The notes: generated from the letters alone by a model not told the origin. A stretch of 64,000 bases of DNA from Cyanobacteria bacterium auto_48_18 (GCA_036170915.1 JAVHQC010000017.1:1-64000), one strand, 5' to 3'. Counted from the stretch's first letter, positions 1-8,855 are shown. Program-made: numbers and translations.

Positions 1-55
1 CCATTCAAACACGCTGCCCGATTTCTTTTAACCACGGGTACAACCGGACGCACAC

Positions 56-298
56 TCAAATACAGACGAAGACAAGACTCTGTGGATCGACATTGATGCT
101 TGGAACGGGCTGGGCGAAAGAGTGCTTAAAGCCATAACCAAGGGGCGCGAGGTGGTGATAAATGGAAGACTCGCAATCTCCACTTATCCCAAAGACGTGA
201 ACGGAGTCAAAGTCCAGATGACAAAGCCCGTCATCAAACTCACTAGCTTCCACCTTTGTGGGAAACGTCCGGCAAAGGAGGACGTGCAGACCGCATAG
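56..298 (+). pseudogene. ssb: 5'-truncated single-stranded DNA-binding protein
   Basis: Hand translation of frame 2: SNTDEDKTLWIDIDAWNGLGERVLKAITKGREVVINGRLAISTY...KPVIKL...* matches the SSB OB-fold core. There is an in-frame TAA at 29-31 and no start codon or N-terminal strands before the conserved part. Confidence 0.75.
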
Positions 299-314
299 CC
301 ATAGGCATCCAGAT

Positions 315-357
315 GGGAATAGCAGTAGGGGCTTATGCTCCTGCTGATTTCCCTTTT
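315..357 (+). terminator. Probable intrinsic terminator after ssb remnant
   Basis: Stem CAGTAGGGGC-TTAT-GCTCCTGCTG with outer GGGAA/TTCCC pairing, followed by TTTT. Confidence 0.45.
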
Positions 358-457
358 GAATTCGGTTTCATTTCGTTTAGTCGACGCTGCAAAAACGGGT
401 TCGCAGAGCTTGATCGCCCCGCTGAGTGCTCGATTGGGACAAAAAAGAAATTCGCCC

Positions 458-1150
458 CTACTTAACCCCCAGGTAATCATATAAACCATTTAGCGAATGC
501 GGCTTTTCCTCTTTCTTGAAGTAATCTACCACGGGCGCAAGGGAGTAGCCCCATTGCTGGAAATTGTACCGTGGTGAGCAGGGCTCGACATTGCTTGGGT
601 TGAAGCGCGCGTCAATGAAAGTGAAAATCTCGGACTCGACGAGGCACCATCGCTTTGAGTCGGTCCTTCCAGCGGGATAACAAAGAAGCGGGCGGACAAT
701 GAATCCATCACAAGTTGCACCTCTCAACACAGCCTTAATGTCTACATCGGGCGCAAGAAGCGGTTCCAAATCTTTAGCAATTGACTTGATCTGCTGTTGA
801 TCAAATGCTCCCAACCATTGCAATATGTCTTGTCTAACCGATTCCTGTTCGCGAATTGGCTTGTTAAATTCTACGGGCTCCTCACTTTTTACCTCGCAAA
901 TAATGACATTCACAACGTCAGGTACAACGGCTAAGAAACTCGATGTTTCAGCCATTGGTAAGTCTTGCAAATGACGAGGAAAACGGACTGCAATGTAGTC
1001 GACATCCGTTCGGTTTTTTCCATACTCTTCGCTTTGAAGAATTAGACTTGTGGTTAAAAAACCATTCAGCCGCAAGTACAGATGTGCCAATGCTTCAGCT
1101 ACATTCGATTGCTTCCAGTTGATCGTTGCAGCCGGTTGAACCGCCGTCAC
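458..1150 (-). CDS. Hypothetical protein, PD-(D/E)XK nuclease-like
   Basis: AE..A..YL..NGF helix, TDVDYIAVR and ICEVKS motifs typical of the restriction-endonuclease-like fold. Confidence 0.55.
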   Translation of the reverse strand: MTAVQPAATINWKQSNVAEALAHLYLRLNGFLTTSLILQSEEYGKNRTDVDYIAVRFPRHLQDLPMAETSSFLAVVPDVVNVIICEVKSEEPVEFNKPIREQESVRQDILQWLGAFDQQQIKSIAKDLEPLLAPDVDIKAVLRGATCDGFIVRPLLCYPAGRTDSKRWCLVESEIFTFIDARFNPSNVEPCSPRYNFQQWGYSLAPVVDYFKKEEKPHSLNGLYDYLGVK

Positions 1151-1174
1151 ACCGAACCTCCTTTAATTACATCA

Positions 1175-2716
1175 TCAATGCACGGACAACGTGTGACGAG
1201 TGAATTTTCGTGGGCCTAAAACCCTTAGGCGAGTATCTTCCGTCAGCAATCCGTGCCGCTCGAGTATACTTACCTCGAACTCTTTCCCGCTCCAGCGAAC
1301 GCCTTTATCAATGGCTTTATCGAAAGGCTTCCAAAAGAACAAATTCAATAGTCGCCGCAGATCGCTGTCGCTCATACGCACGATTGTACCAACGTTGTTC
1401 TTACGGAAGTCGTATGAAGCGGCGAATGACACCTCGACGTCCGTCGTGTCTTCAACTGGCATGACGGACAGGTCACCCCTGATCAGTCGACAGATTCGAT
1501 CTACCGAAAACTGAGTCCACGTCTGCGATGGAATGTCGTACAAAAGCGAGACCTCCATGAAAATGTCGTCTTCATTTCGGACCGTCGCGATGTCCTTTTT
1601 AAGTTCAACATCGTCATGATCGCCAAAGTCAGTATCTTCAGGATCTTCCTCGTCAAGTTCGGTCTCAAAGAAGTATCGAGCAGTAGAACTCAAACCAGCC
1701 TTGATCAGCAGCGTAGTTTCATCGACCGATGCCATTTGAAAAATAACCGTTCTCGTTGGTTCGTCAACGTCCCAATCGATCATGTCCGCTCCATAAGGGA
1801 CGTCAAACAGGTTCGGGATATCTTTTTCAAACGCCTCGGACATTTCGTACCTGTAGTCGTTGTGCAACTGATAGCCAATCTGATCTGGATGGACTGTAAA
1901 TTCGAGCTGCCACTGCTGAACGACATCCGCGAGCAACGGCACTATAAGCCGATCTTCAAGTGAAGTCAAATCGGCAAAGAGCACTACCCTCTTATCGTCA
2001 ATACTTCTATTTTTTAAGTCTGCAATGAGATCAGGGTGCAACTCAATTTGCTTGACTGCGCTTGTCTCGCCCAGTGCCTTTTGCTTGGAACCGTCAGCGG
2101 CAAAATCCGCGATGTTGTTCGATAATAGAACAACCCTGAAGTCGCGCGCTTTAGCTTCATCGATTACTGTAAGCCACACCAGCTCATCACGGAAACCCTT
2201 TTCTTTGCAGTCGTTCGTATGCTTCTTAAATGGTTTTCTTTGTCGCAGAAGTTTTTCCAACACATCTGGAACTGATATGTCAGACCAGCCAACGAGTTCC
2301 AATTCGCAAGGAATTAGTTCGCGTAAGTACGCGTCAATACTTTCGTCGCTTACGTCACTCTCGGCGTTCAAACTTGATTCATCAATTGATTCCAAGACAT
2401 TTTGTAGAGGACCAAGAAACGCCGAAGGCAGATCGCGAAAGTTTCTTTTATGCTGCCGAAACGAATTCTGCAAATCATCGTACTGCTGCTTCAAGTGATA
2501 CTTGAATTCTTGACGCACCACAGGTGGAATTACAATGCGAATCGACCATTTCTTTGCATATGTCGCCAATCTCAACCAAGCCGTGTCGCCAAGCCTGCTA
2601 TGCCTCAGCAGCATGTTCGTATCGATAACGATCGCCAGGTCCGGGCCGCTTGGTTCAACGTACTCATTTGCGTTTTGTTCAGAAATCATTTGATCGCCGT
2701 TTTTTCGTTTGCTCAA
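1175..2716 (-). CDS. PIN-domain protein (DUF4935-like) with acidic C-terminal extension
   Basis: IVIDTNML, VIPPVVRQE, RKPF..KGFRDELVW and LLSNNIADF acidic PIN motifs. Confidence 0.75.
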   Translation of the reverse strand: MSKRKNGDQMISEQNANEYVEPSGPDLAIVIDTNMLLRHSRLGDTAWLRLATYAKKWSIRIVIPPVVRQEFKYHLKQQYDDLQNSFRQHKRNFRDLPSAFLGPLQNVLESIDESSLNAESDVSDESIDAYLRELIPCELELVGWSDISVPDVLEKLLRQRKPFKKHTNDCKEKGFRDELVWLTVIDEAKARDFRVVLLSNNIADFAADGSKQKALGETSAVKQIELHPDLIADLKNRSIDDKRVVLFADLTSLEDRLIVPLLADVVQQWQLEFTVHPDQIGYQLHNDYRYEMSEAFEKDIPNLFDVPYGADMIDWDVDEPTRTVIFQMASVDETTLLIKAGLSSTARYFFETELDEEDPEDTDFGDHDDVELKKDIATVRNEDDIFMEVSLLYDIPSQTWTQFSVDRICRLIRGDLSVMPVEDTTDVEVSFAASYDFRKNNVGTIVRMSDSDLRRLLNLFFWKPFDKAIDKGVRWSGKEFEVSILERHGLLTEDTRLRVLGPRKFTRHTLSVH

Positions 2717-2735
2717 TCATTCAACCGCGTCAGAC

Positions 2736-3644
2736 CTACTCGAAGAAAGCCTTCCGCTCGGCTTCTTCATGCAAATCATGTTTGATAATGTGGTGTCTAC
2801 TTGGTGTCGCCGAGTCCGAAAAGATCAGCGGCAGCTCATCGTAGTAGAGTTCTGCTATTAATGTGGAAAAATCTTTGTCGTAGCAGTCTTTCAGAATTTT
2901 CAGGTTAGTCGAGGGAAAGCTGTCTTTGAATTCCTTATTGTATTTTGGCTTAAAGTAGCGGATCAGCGAGGCTTCGTAAAGTGTGATACGTTCTGCTTCG
3001 TCAGTACCGAACAACTTGTCCAAGCCCATAGAAATTCGTTCGCCGTCCTCATCCTTTTCTTGTGCGCGCGGATTAAAAATCGTGAAGACGGTGTTGTCAG
3101 CTTCGACTTCCAGCAATAGAACATACAAAGCATGAGTGTCCTGGGGCTCTTGAATAGAGATCTTCTGAAGGGTCTCATGCTTCAGCAGCCGCTCAAGGGC
3201 GTTTCTTGAGCCGCCCGTGCCGTAAGCCTGACCAACATATAGGACCTTGAAGTTCAAGACGCCTCGCTGAGTTAGTTGACTCATTTCTTCGTTGTTATCT
3301 GGATAGACGGTTTGTCCCTGAGGACCGACCGGGAAGCAGAAATCGCCTTCCGTTCGTAAGGTACATTCCGGCGGAAACTCCCATCGCAACTCATGAGTTT
3401 TTCCAGCGACTTCATACTTAGTGAAAAGAGATGAGTCTTCTACCCGCGATCCAATCGTCTCGACTCTAGGCATCAGTCCAATCATGTAAACATGGCAGTT
3501 CGGAATGCGTGCGGCAAACTGCTCAAATTGCTCCGGTTCGTATATTGCCGAGGCGGGCATCAGAACGAAATCACTCGCGTGCATTCCGAGTGCGTGTTCC
3601 ACGTCAAAGAGTTTGTTATCGAACATGTTGCGAATACCAAACAA
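2736..3644 (-). CDS. Hypothetical protein, GIY-YIG-like nuclease
   Basis: HVYMIG ... VLYVGQA ... ERLLKH ... LYEASLIRYFKPKYN resembles the GIY-YIG motif set with a long insertion. Confidence 0.55.
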   Translation of the reverse strand: MFGIRNMFDNKLFDVEHALGMHASDFVLMPASAIYEPEQFEQFAARIPNCHVYMIGLMPRVETIGSRVEDSSLFTKYEVAGKTHELRWEFPPECTLRTEGDFCFPVGPQGQTVYPDNNEEMSQLTQRGVLNFKVLYVGQAYGTGGSRNALERLLKHETLQKISIQEPQDTHALYVLLLEVEADNTVFTIFNPRAQEKDEDGERISMGLDKLFGTDEAERITLYEASLIRYFKPKYNKEFKDSFPSTNLKILKDCYDKDFSTLIAELYYDELPLIFSDSATPSRHHIIKHDLHEEAERKAFFE

Positions 3645-3685
3645 GCAACAAGCTCTTGGCAGGTTGCGCGGCTGGGGAAATGGTA

Positions 3686-3743
3686 ATTATAAGCCACTTC
3701 CGGGGGGTGTCATAGCGGTAGACAAAATGGGTTTTGTCTACCG
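3686..3743 (-). promoter_or_regulatory. Sigma70-like promoter with adjacent 12-bp inverted repeat for the three-gene operon
   Basis: Minus strand ATGACA (3713-3708)-N16-TATAAT (3691-3686). Perfect IR CGGTAGACAAAA-tggg-TTTTGTCTACCG at 3716-3743. Confidence 0.5.
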
Positions 3744-4038
3744 TGGTGCCAGGTAGGAATTACACCCGACGAGACTTTTTAGCCTCTCTACGACTTGCCA
3801 AATCGGACGATGCTTCAACTAACTCGATGCGCCGCTCCTGCCTGACTTATATGAGTCGAGTGGGAATTCATTACATGATTGTTCTTCCTCTTGGTAATTC
3901 GATTTGGTCGCCACTGGCGAATACGACTCCATGCATTTTCCGCCCCGCACATTAATAGGGACGCAATCGGGGTGATATTCACTGTCCTTCCGGGACTGCA
4001 TTGCCTTAGCCGATCTTGGCTTGTTTCGTATTTCTTCA

Positions 4039-4134
4039 AGTGTACGGGGGCGGCGCCACCGTGCGTCAAGCGCGCAGCCGACCGTTTCTGATTCAGACAC
4101 ACACATCCGCTTGACCCACGGAGCCACCCCCGTG
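4039..4134 (-). promoter_or_regulatory. Putative Frpo-like single-stranded DNA promoter hairpin
   Basis: Imperfect IR 4044-4072/4108-4133 (23 Watson-Crick pairs). The minus strand carries TTGACG (4069-4064) inside the stem and TACACT (4044-4039) at its base. Confidence 0.6.
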
Positions 4135-4182
4135 CCCCGGTTTTTCGAGGCGAAATGCCCTCACTAACTGGAGGTAAACATC

Positions 4183-5010
4183 ATGGAACAATACGGTTTG
4201 GAACTAACCAATAATAGTAAGACATCGTGGGCATTCAGCTTGCCGCGCAGTGCGACTTGCATTGGCGCAACGGAACTATGTCGAAACGTATGTTACGGCA
4301 ACGGAGTGCGCTATCAAACGGCTGGACAAAAGGAAAAGCGGCATCGCAACTTGCGCACCGTCGAGCTGCTGCTGTCCAAAGGAGGACCAGAACTACTCGC
4401 GCAGAATCTTCTCGCGTTGATTGATCAAGCGAAGCCTGGGGATTGGCTGGCTGCCTCTGTCGCGGGAAGGAGGACGATGACGCCCTGGTCAATTAGGGTC
4501 CACGACGTGGGTGATTTTCATAAAATCTCTTACGTGAATGCATGGTGGATCGCGGCTATACAACGCCCTCAATGCTCTTTCTGGTTCTATACGAGAAGTT
4601 TTGTAGACAAGCACTTATTTGATGCCATGTCTGAACTCGCTTCCCTAGCCAATTGCCGAGGATGGCTGAGCATTGATTCCGAAAACTTCGAATCCGGTCT
4701 CCTTGCGTATTCAAAGCGGTCTGATGTTTGGGAACTGGCTCTGCTTCAGGAATCCGAAGATTCGCTCCACGAGAATTTATTGCCCGCACTTAATGCATGC
4801 ACGACTGTAAAGCAGGTCGTTTCTTTTCCTGTGCATCGCGGGCGATATCACGCTCCTCAGATCAAGCACAAGAGTCTATTCTCCTGTCCGGCAGTCTTGG
4901 GTTCGTACAAATTGGAACCAAACCCACGCAAACCGAGACCATGCCAGGCTTGCGCATTCTGCTTGCCTGCGCCGAGCACAACTACTTCTGTGGAGGTGCA
5001 CTATGAATAG
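4183..5010 (+). CDS. GP88-family (phage gene product 88-like) Cys-rich, radical-SAM-like protein
   Basis: FSLP...TCIGATELCRNVCY, RVHDVGDF, FWFYTRS, C-terminal CPA and CQACAFC; RBS GGAGGT upstream. Confidence 0.7.
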   Translation: MEQYGLELTNNSKTSWAFSLPRSATCIGATELCRNVCYGNGVRYQTAGQKEKRHRNLRTVELLLSKGGPELLAQNLLALIDQAKPGDWLAASVAGRRTMTPWSIRVHDVGDFHKISYVNAWWIAAIQRPQCSFWFYTRSFVDKHLFDAMSELASLANCRGWLSIDSENFESGLLAYSKRSDVWELALLQESEDSLHENLLPALNACTTVKQVVSFPVHRGRYHAPQIKHKSLFSCPAVLGSYKLEPNPRKPRPCQACAFCLPAPSTTTSVEVHYE

Positions 5011-5470
5011 CCGAACGCTCAAGAAGCAGCTGAAATACATCGTGCCGGAAATTCGTTTGGCTCTTATCAAAGAGCCGGGTGGTAAGCCGGTTGCAGTGGG
5101 CTGTCCCGAGGACCTAGAGAAATTCATCGAACCACTGAAGATACTCAGCGAAGAGCATTTCGTCGCTTACTTCTTAGATGCACGCAACAACGTGACGAAC
5201 GTGCAAGTGGTATCGCATGGCACAGCCTCTGCCAGTTTAGTCCATCCTCGTGAGGTTTTTAAAGGAGCGATACTGGCGAATGCGCATGCAATTATCGTCG
5301 CGCATAATCATCCAGCTGGATCGATGACTCCCAGCAGCGAGGATATCGAGACGACAGGGATTCTCATCAAGGCTGGTGACATTCTCGGCATGAAGGTCAT
5401 CGACCATCTCATCGTAAGCTCCAGCGGATTCTGCAGTCTGCGGGAAACGCACGGCTACCTCTGGGCGTGA
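5003..5470 (+). CDS. radC: RadC-like JAB/MPN domain protein
   Basis: EHF..LDARN, SLVHPREVFK, HNHPAG..PS.ED and DHLIV motifs; overlaps the upstream stop codon. Confidence 0.9.
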   Translation: MNSRTLKKQLKYIVPEIRLALIKEPGGKPVAVGCPEDLEKFIEPLKILSEEHFVAYFLDARNNVTNVQVVSHGTASASLVHPREVFKGAILANAHAIIVAHNHPAGSMTPSSEDIETTGILIKAGDILGMKVIDHLIVSSSGFCSLRETHGYLWA

Positions 5471-5484
5471 CAGGCGTAGGCGAT

Positions 5485-5527
5485 AGCCCGACGGGTCTTT
5501 CCTGGCGGGCTTTTGTCTATTTCTTTT
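5485..5527 (+). terminator. Intrinsic terminator after gp88-radC
   Basis: AGCCCG...CGGGCT stem followed by a T-rich tract. Confidence 0.6.
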
Positions 5528-5778
5528 GCAGCTGCGTGGCGTCGGCCGGCTGGTAAAGCTTTTCTGAAAATGTAGCGGAAATGCCAGGTATAACGCTTTA
5601 TACATGGCGAAAGCGCTACATCTTGCTGTTAGGTTCGAATTCGATAGTGCAAAGCAGCTGTTCTACCAAGCGGTGGAACAGCTGCTATAACATTTGTAGA
5701 AACGTTGGTGGCGCCCATCAGAAGTCGGCACGATAAAGCTTGTTGTGGAGACGTTAGCGGCGCCCAGGCGCCTGCATG

Positions 5779-6108
5779 TTATGACACCAGGGGTGGTGTT
5801 TTGCGTCTCACGGGAGGGAAGCGAAGAACTTTTTTGTCGCTCTTGCTTCCCTGATCTCGCGGTTCAGCAGCATTTCGCTTGCACCCGGTGCATAGCCGAA
5901 CCTCGTCGTCTGTCATTTTCGACAGGATAGTGAAAAGCTTGTCGGTGTGTGTCTTTGCCGAGAGGCAGTCGAATACCCAGTCCATACGGGTTAGGGGTAC
6001 AACACAAACCAGATTGTCGTCCGCATCAATGATTGCGCCGACCGTAGAATCAAATCCTTTTACGTTCAAAGGATTTCGTTTAGTGACCAATGTCAGTTTA
6101 ATTTCCAA
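5779..6108 (-). CDS. Hypothetical protein
   Basis: 109-aa ORF with GAGGA RBS-like sequence upstream of the TTG start; no recognisable motif. Confidence 0.4.
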   Translation of the reverse strand: MEIKLTLVTKRNPLNVKGFDSTVGAIIDADDNLVCVVPLTRMDWVFDCLSAKTHTDKLFTILSKMTDDEVRLCTGCKRNAAEPRDQGSKSDKKVLRFPPVRRKTPPLVS

Positions 6109-6425
6109 AATTCGTTCCTCCAGAGATTTTCATCTCTCTTTCTGTTTAAGAGCCGCCTCCGGCGCATTACAAAGCGCCGCGAGCGACCGGAAAACGTGCA
6201 CGACTTCTGGGGCGTTTCTTTTTGGCGAGTGGTATGCCACTCGTTCCACCAAAACCAGTATTTCAAATCGAGCTGGGAAGTGTTACAGGGAAAACCCTAG
6301 AGACAATTCCTGGAATTGGCTGGGAACCTGGGCTCAACTTCGTCGTCAGTGTCTCGCTTGGCAACATCTCCGAAATTGCGCCTTATTCCATTAACCACTA
6401 TGATTTTGCAGGCAAGGTGGATTAA

Positions 6426-7691
6426 ATGGACGAGATAGATAAAATCAATCGCGCATTCACTCCGGCGCACGAAATTCGAGAACCGACCCATTTCGTTGGA
6501 CGCCACGATGAAGTGAAAGCAGCGATTTTAGCGCTACCTGTGGATGGAGCCTTTCTGGCCGTCTGGGGGCCACGCGGCGTTGGCAAAAGTTCTTTCGCTA
6601 GGCAAATACAACTGCTCGCATCCGGAGACAATATTCTTGCGGAGGTTATCGGCGAGAGAAAGTTGGTTCCGAAAGAGGGTTTCCAATATATCGTCCAGTA
6701 TGTGGCTTGTGATCGTACCTCCATAAGAACCACAACCGATCTAATTGGTCGAATCATAAATGGGGATGCCCAGGCGAAACCTTTAGGAGCGTATCTAAAG
6801 GATGGCGATAAGCCAGCGGGCAAGCGCGAAAAGACATCGACGATAAAATCTAATCTCGGTGTTTATTCTGGAGAGATATCCGAGAAGTTCATTCCTGAGA
6901 CCGAACAGCCCAAAGAAAAAACACAGCAATTTATGGGATTGCTGCGGGATGTTCGAGAGCACAATAGGAGTTCAAAGCAAGGTCTTCTAATTGTAGTGGA
7001 CGAATTTGACCAACTTGCAGATAAGACTGGTTTTGCATCACTGGTTAAGACTTGCTCAAATGATTTCGTGAAGTTCTGTGTTGTAGGTATTGCAAGTGAT
7101 TTGACTACTTTGTTGGGAGACCACGCCTCTATTGCTAGACAGCTCAATTCAATTGCGTTAAGGCGCATGAGTCGACCTGAATTGCTCGCCATCATAGATC
7201 GCGCAAATACCGATCTATCTCCACGCACAGTACAGAAGCCATTGGCCGAAGAAATCGTACAGCTCAGCGAAGGGTTTCCCTATTTTGTGCACTTACTTGG
7301 GCGAGAATGTACTCTGGAGTCTCTGTCTGCTGGTGATAAAGAAGTTGGACTCGCTCATCTTGAAGTGGTGCTCGCCAAGCTCCGCTCAGGCACCTTGTCT
7401 CACATTTACGAACAAGCGTACAACATTGCCGTCAAACACTCGCCTCAACGGGAATTGCTTCTCAAAGCATTCGCGAATGAAGTTAGCGATGAAATTGAAA
7501 CCGGAGGGGTTTACGAATTCGTTAAGGGTCTTGGTGTGACCAATCCATCACAATTGATGAAGGAACTTACAAGTCCAGAGGGTTTTGAGCCCTTTTTACT
7601 TCCAGTTCGCGACCGATGCTACGGGTTCGCGGACCCAGTTTTCCGGACATATGTGAAAATCAGAAATCCGAAGTTCGGCGGCAGTCCCTAA
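6426..7691 (+). CDS. AAA+/P-loop ATPase (archaeal-ATPase/Cdc6-like) with C-terminal winged helix
   Basis: FTPAHEI..P.HFVGR, Walker A GPRGVGKSS, Walker B IVVDEFD, GFPYFVHLLG, C-terminal FADPVFRTY. Confidence 0.8.
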   Translation: MDEIDKINRAFTPAHEIREPTHFVGRHDEVKAAILALPVDGAFLAVWGPRGVGKSSFARQIQLLASGDNILAEVIGERKLVPKEGFQYIVQYVACDRTSIRTTTDLIGRIINGDAQAKPLGAYLKDGDKPAGKREKTSTIKSNLGVYSGEISEKFIPETEQPKEKTQQFMGLLRDVREHNRSSKQGLLIVVDEFDQLADKTGFASLVKTCSNDFVKFCVVGIASDLTTLLGDHASIARQLNSIALRRMSRPELLAIIDRANTDLSPRTVQKPLAEEIVQLSEGFPYFVHLLGRECTLESLSAGDKEVGLAHLEVVLAKLRSGTLSHIYEQAYNIAVKHSPQRELLLKAFANEVSDEIETGGVYEFVKGLGVTNPSQLMKELTSPEGFEPFLLPVRDRCYGFADPVFRTYVKIRNPKFGGSP

Positions 7692-8006
7692 TTGAAACCG
7701 TCCCTTTACGGGCGTCCGTAGTTGATTTCTCTAGCTTACCTATCCTTTTCCCCAGGTCCGGCTCAGCGAAAAACCCCCTAGTCAGAAAATCGAAATCGCA
7801 CGGTACAATGAAATTATGCGGCGAGATTGATGGCGCTGCAGCCCATTAGGTCGACCAACACCATCAACATTCTTTTTGCGCTCAAATCATATTGATGGTT
7901 TGAGCTTTTTCGTTTTCAACAAAAACTTTCACTCTCGCAATGCGCGGCACGGCTTTTCATCAGTAGTGCCGCCGACTTGTTGCGAACACTTACAGAGGTA
8001 TATCAA

Positions 8007-8279
8007 ATGAACTCAAACAATAACATTCCGTATGGAAAGAGCACGACTCGTTACGAATTGCTCACACGCCGAGAAGCCGCTGCGTATCTAGGAGTAGCCG
8101 AACAGACGCTTGCTGTCTGGAAATGCACGGGCAGATATTCACTGCCTTGCATAAAGATTGGTCGACTCATCCGCTACAGAAAGTGCGATCTGGATGACTT
8201 CATCAACCAGCACATGCAAGCGACGGAACAACCGCGCTCTGCATTCGGCAATGTTTCCCCAGGCAACAATCGCCAATAG
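8007..8279 (+). CDS. Helix-turn-helix excisionase-like DNA-binding protein
   Basis: LLTRREAAAYLGVAEQTLAVW...KIGRLIRY...DLDDFI; ATG at 8007 with GAGG RBS. Confidence 0.85.
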   Translation: MNSNNNIPYGKSTTRYELLTRREAAAYLGVAEQTLAVWKCTGRYSLPCIKIGRLIRYRKCDLDDFINQHMQATEQPRSAFGNVSPGNNRQ

Positions 8280-8290
8280 GAGAAACGGCA

Positions 8291-8554
8291 ATGGAAGCAA
8301 GTTCACCGCTCGGATTCATCGAGCAAATTCTTCTACTCATATTCATGCTCATGCTATTCGTTGGCATCGCGGGTGGAAATCCCAGCATGGTCATCAAACC
8401 AGTTTTCGATATCGTAGGACAATTGCTCGGCACAGTATTGAGTCTCTTATGCAGTTTGCTCCTAACAGTGTTCAGAGCGTCAATCACTCTGCTGACGTCA
8501 GGGTTGCAGGCACTCGTCGCCATGCTAACCAACTCACGCAACATCAATCGATAA
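8291..8554 (+). CDS. Small integral membrane protein
   Basis: Two long hydrophobic segments; AGGAG RBS. Confidence 0.7.
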   Translation: MEASSPLGFIEQILLLIFMLMLFVGIAGGNPSMVIKPVFDIVGQLLGTVLSLLCSLLLTVFRASITLLTSGLQALVAMLTNSRNINR

Positions 8555-8590
8555 GAAGCTGCGAAAAGCTTCATTCAAGAAATTCAATGA

Positions 8591-8837
8591 CGCGCAGCCT
8601 GTGCAAATAAACATCAAATTCGAATGCACAGCCGCGCGGAGTAGGCAACGACGCGCAACCAAGACCGAGCGAAGCGAGCCTTTACCGGAGGTGGCATCAT
8701 CGGATGGTAAGGCAAGATAAAAGGTCTCTCTAGTTATTCCGTATGCCACCACTGGCGGGGCTCTTAAGAAGAGATGCAACGGGCTCGCTTCGCAAAATCC
8801 ACTGCAAATACTCGAAGATGTAGGCAGGTTGCGCGTC
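8591..8837. other. Putative origin of transfer (oriT) region
   Basis: Nested inverted repeats and minus-strand TATCTTG^C (8719-8712), similar to the RP4-family nic YATCCTG^Y, directly upstream of the RHH and relaxase genes. Confidence 0.65.
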
Positions 8838-8855
8838 TTAAGAACCGGAGGCAGT

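Noticed and set aside
3734..4127. Several overlapping short ORFs upstream of gp88
   Set aside because: No motifs or good RBS; the region is better explained as promoter and hairpin DNA.
5470..5780. Retron msr-msd or other RT-linked RNA
   Set aside because: No reverse transcriptase gene in the window.
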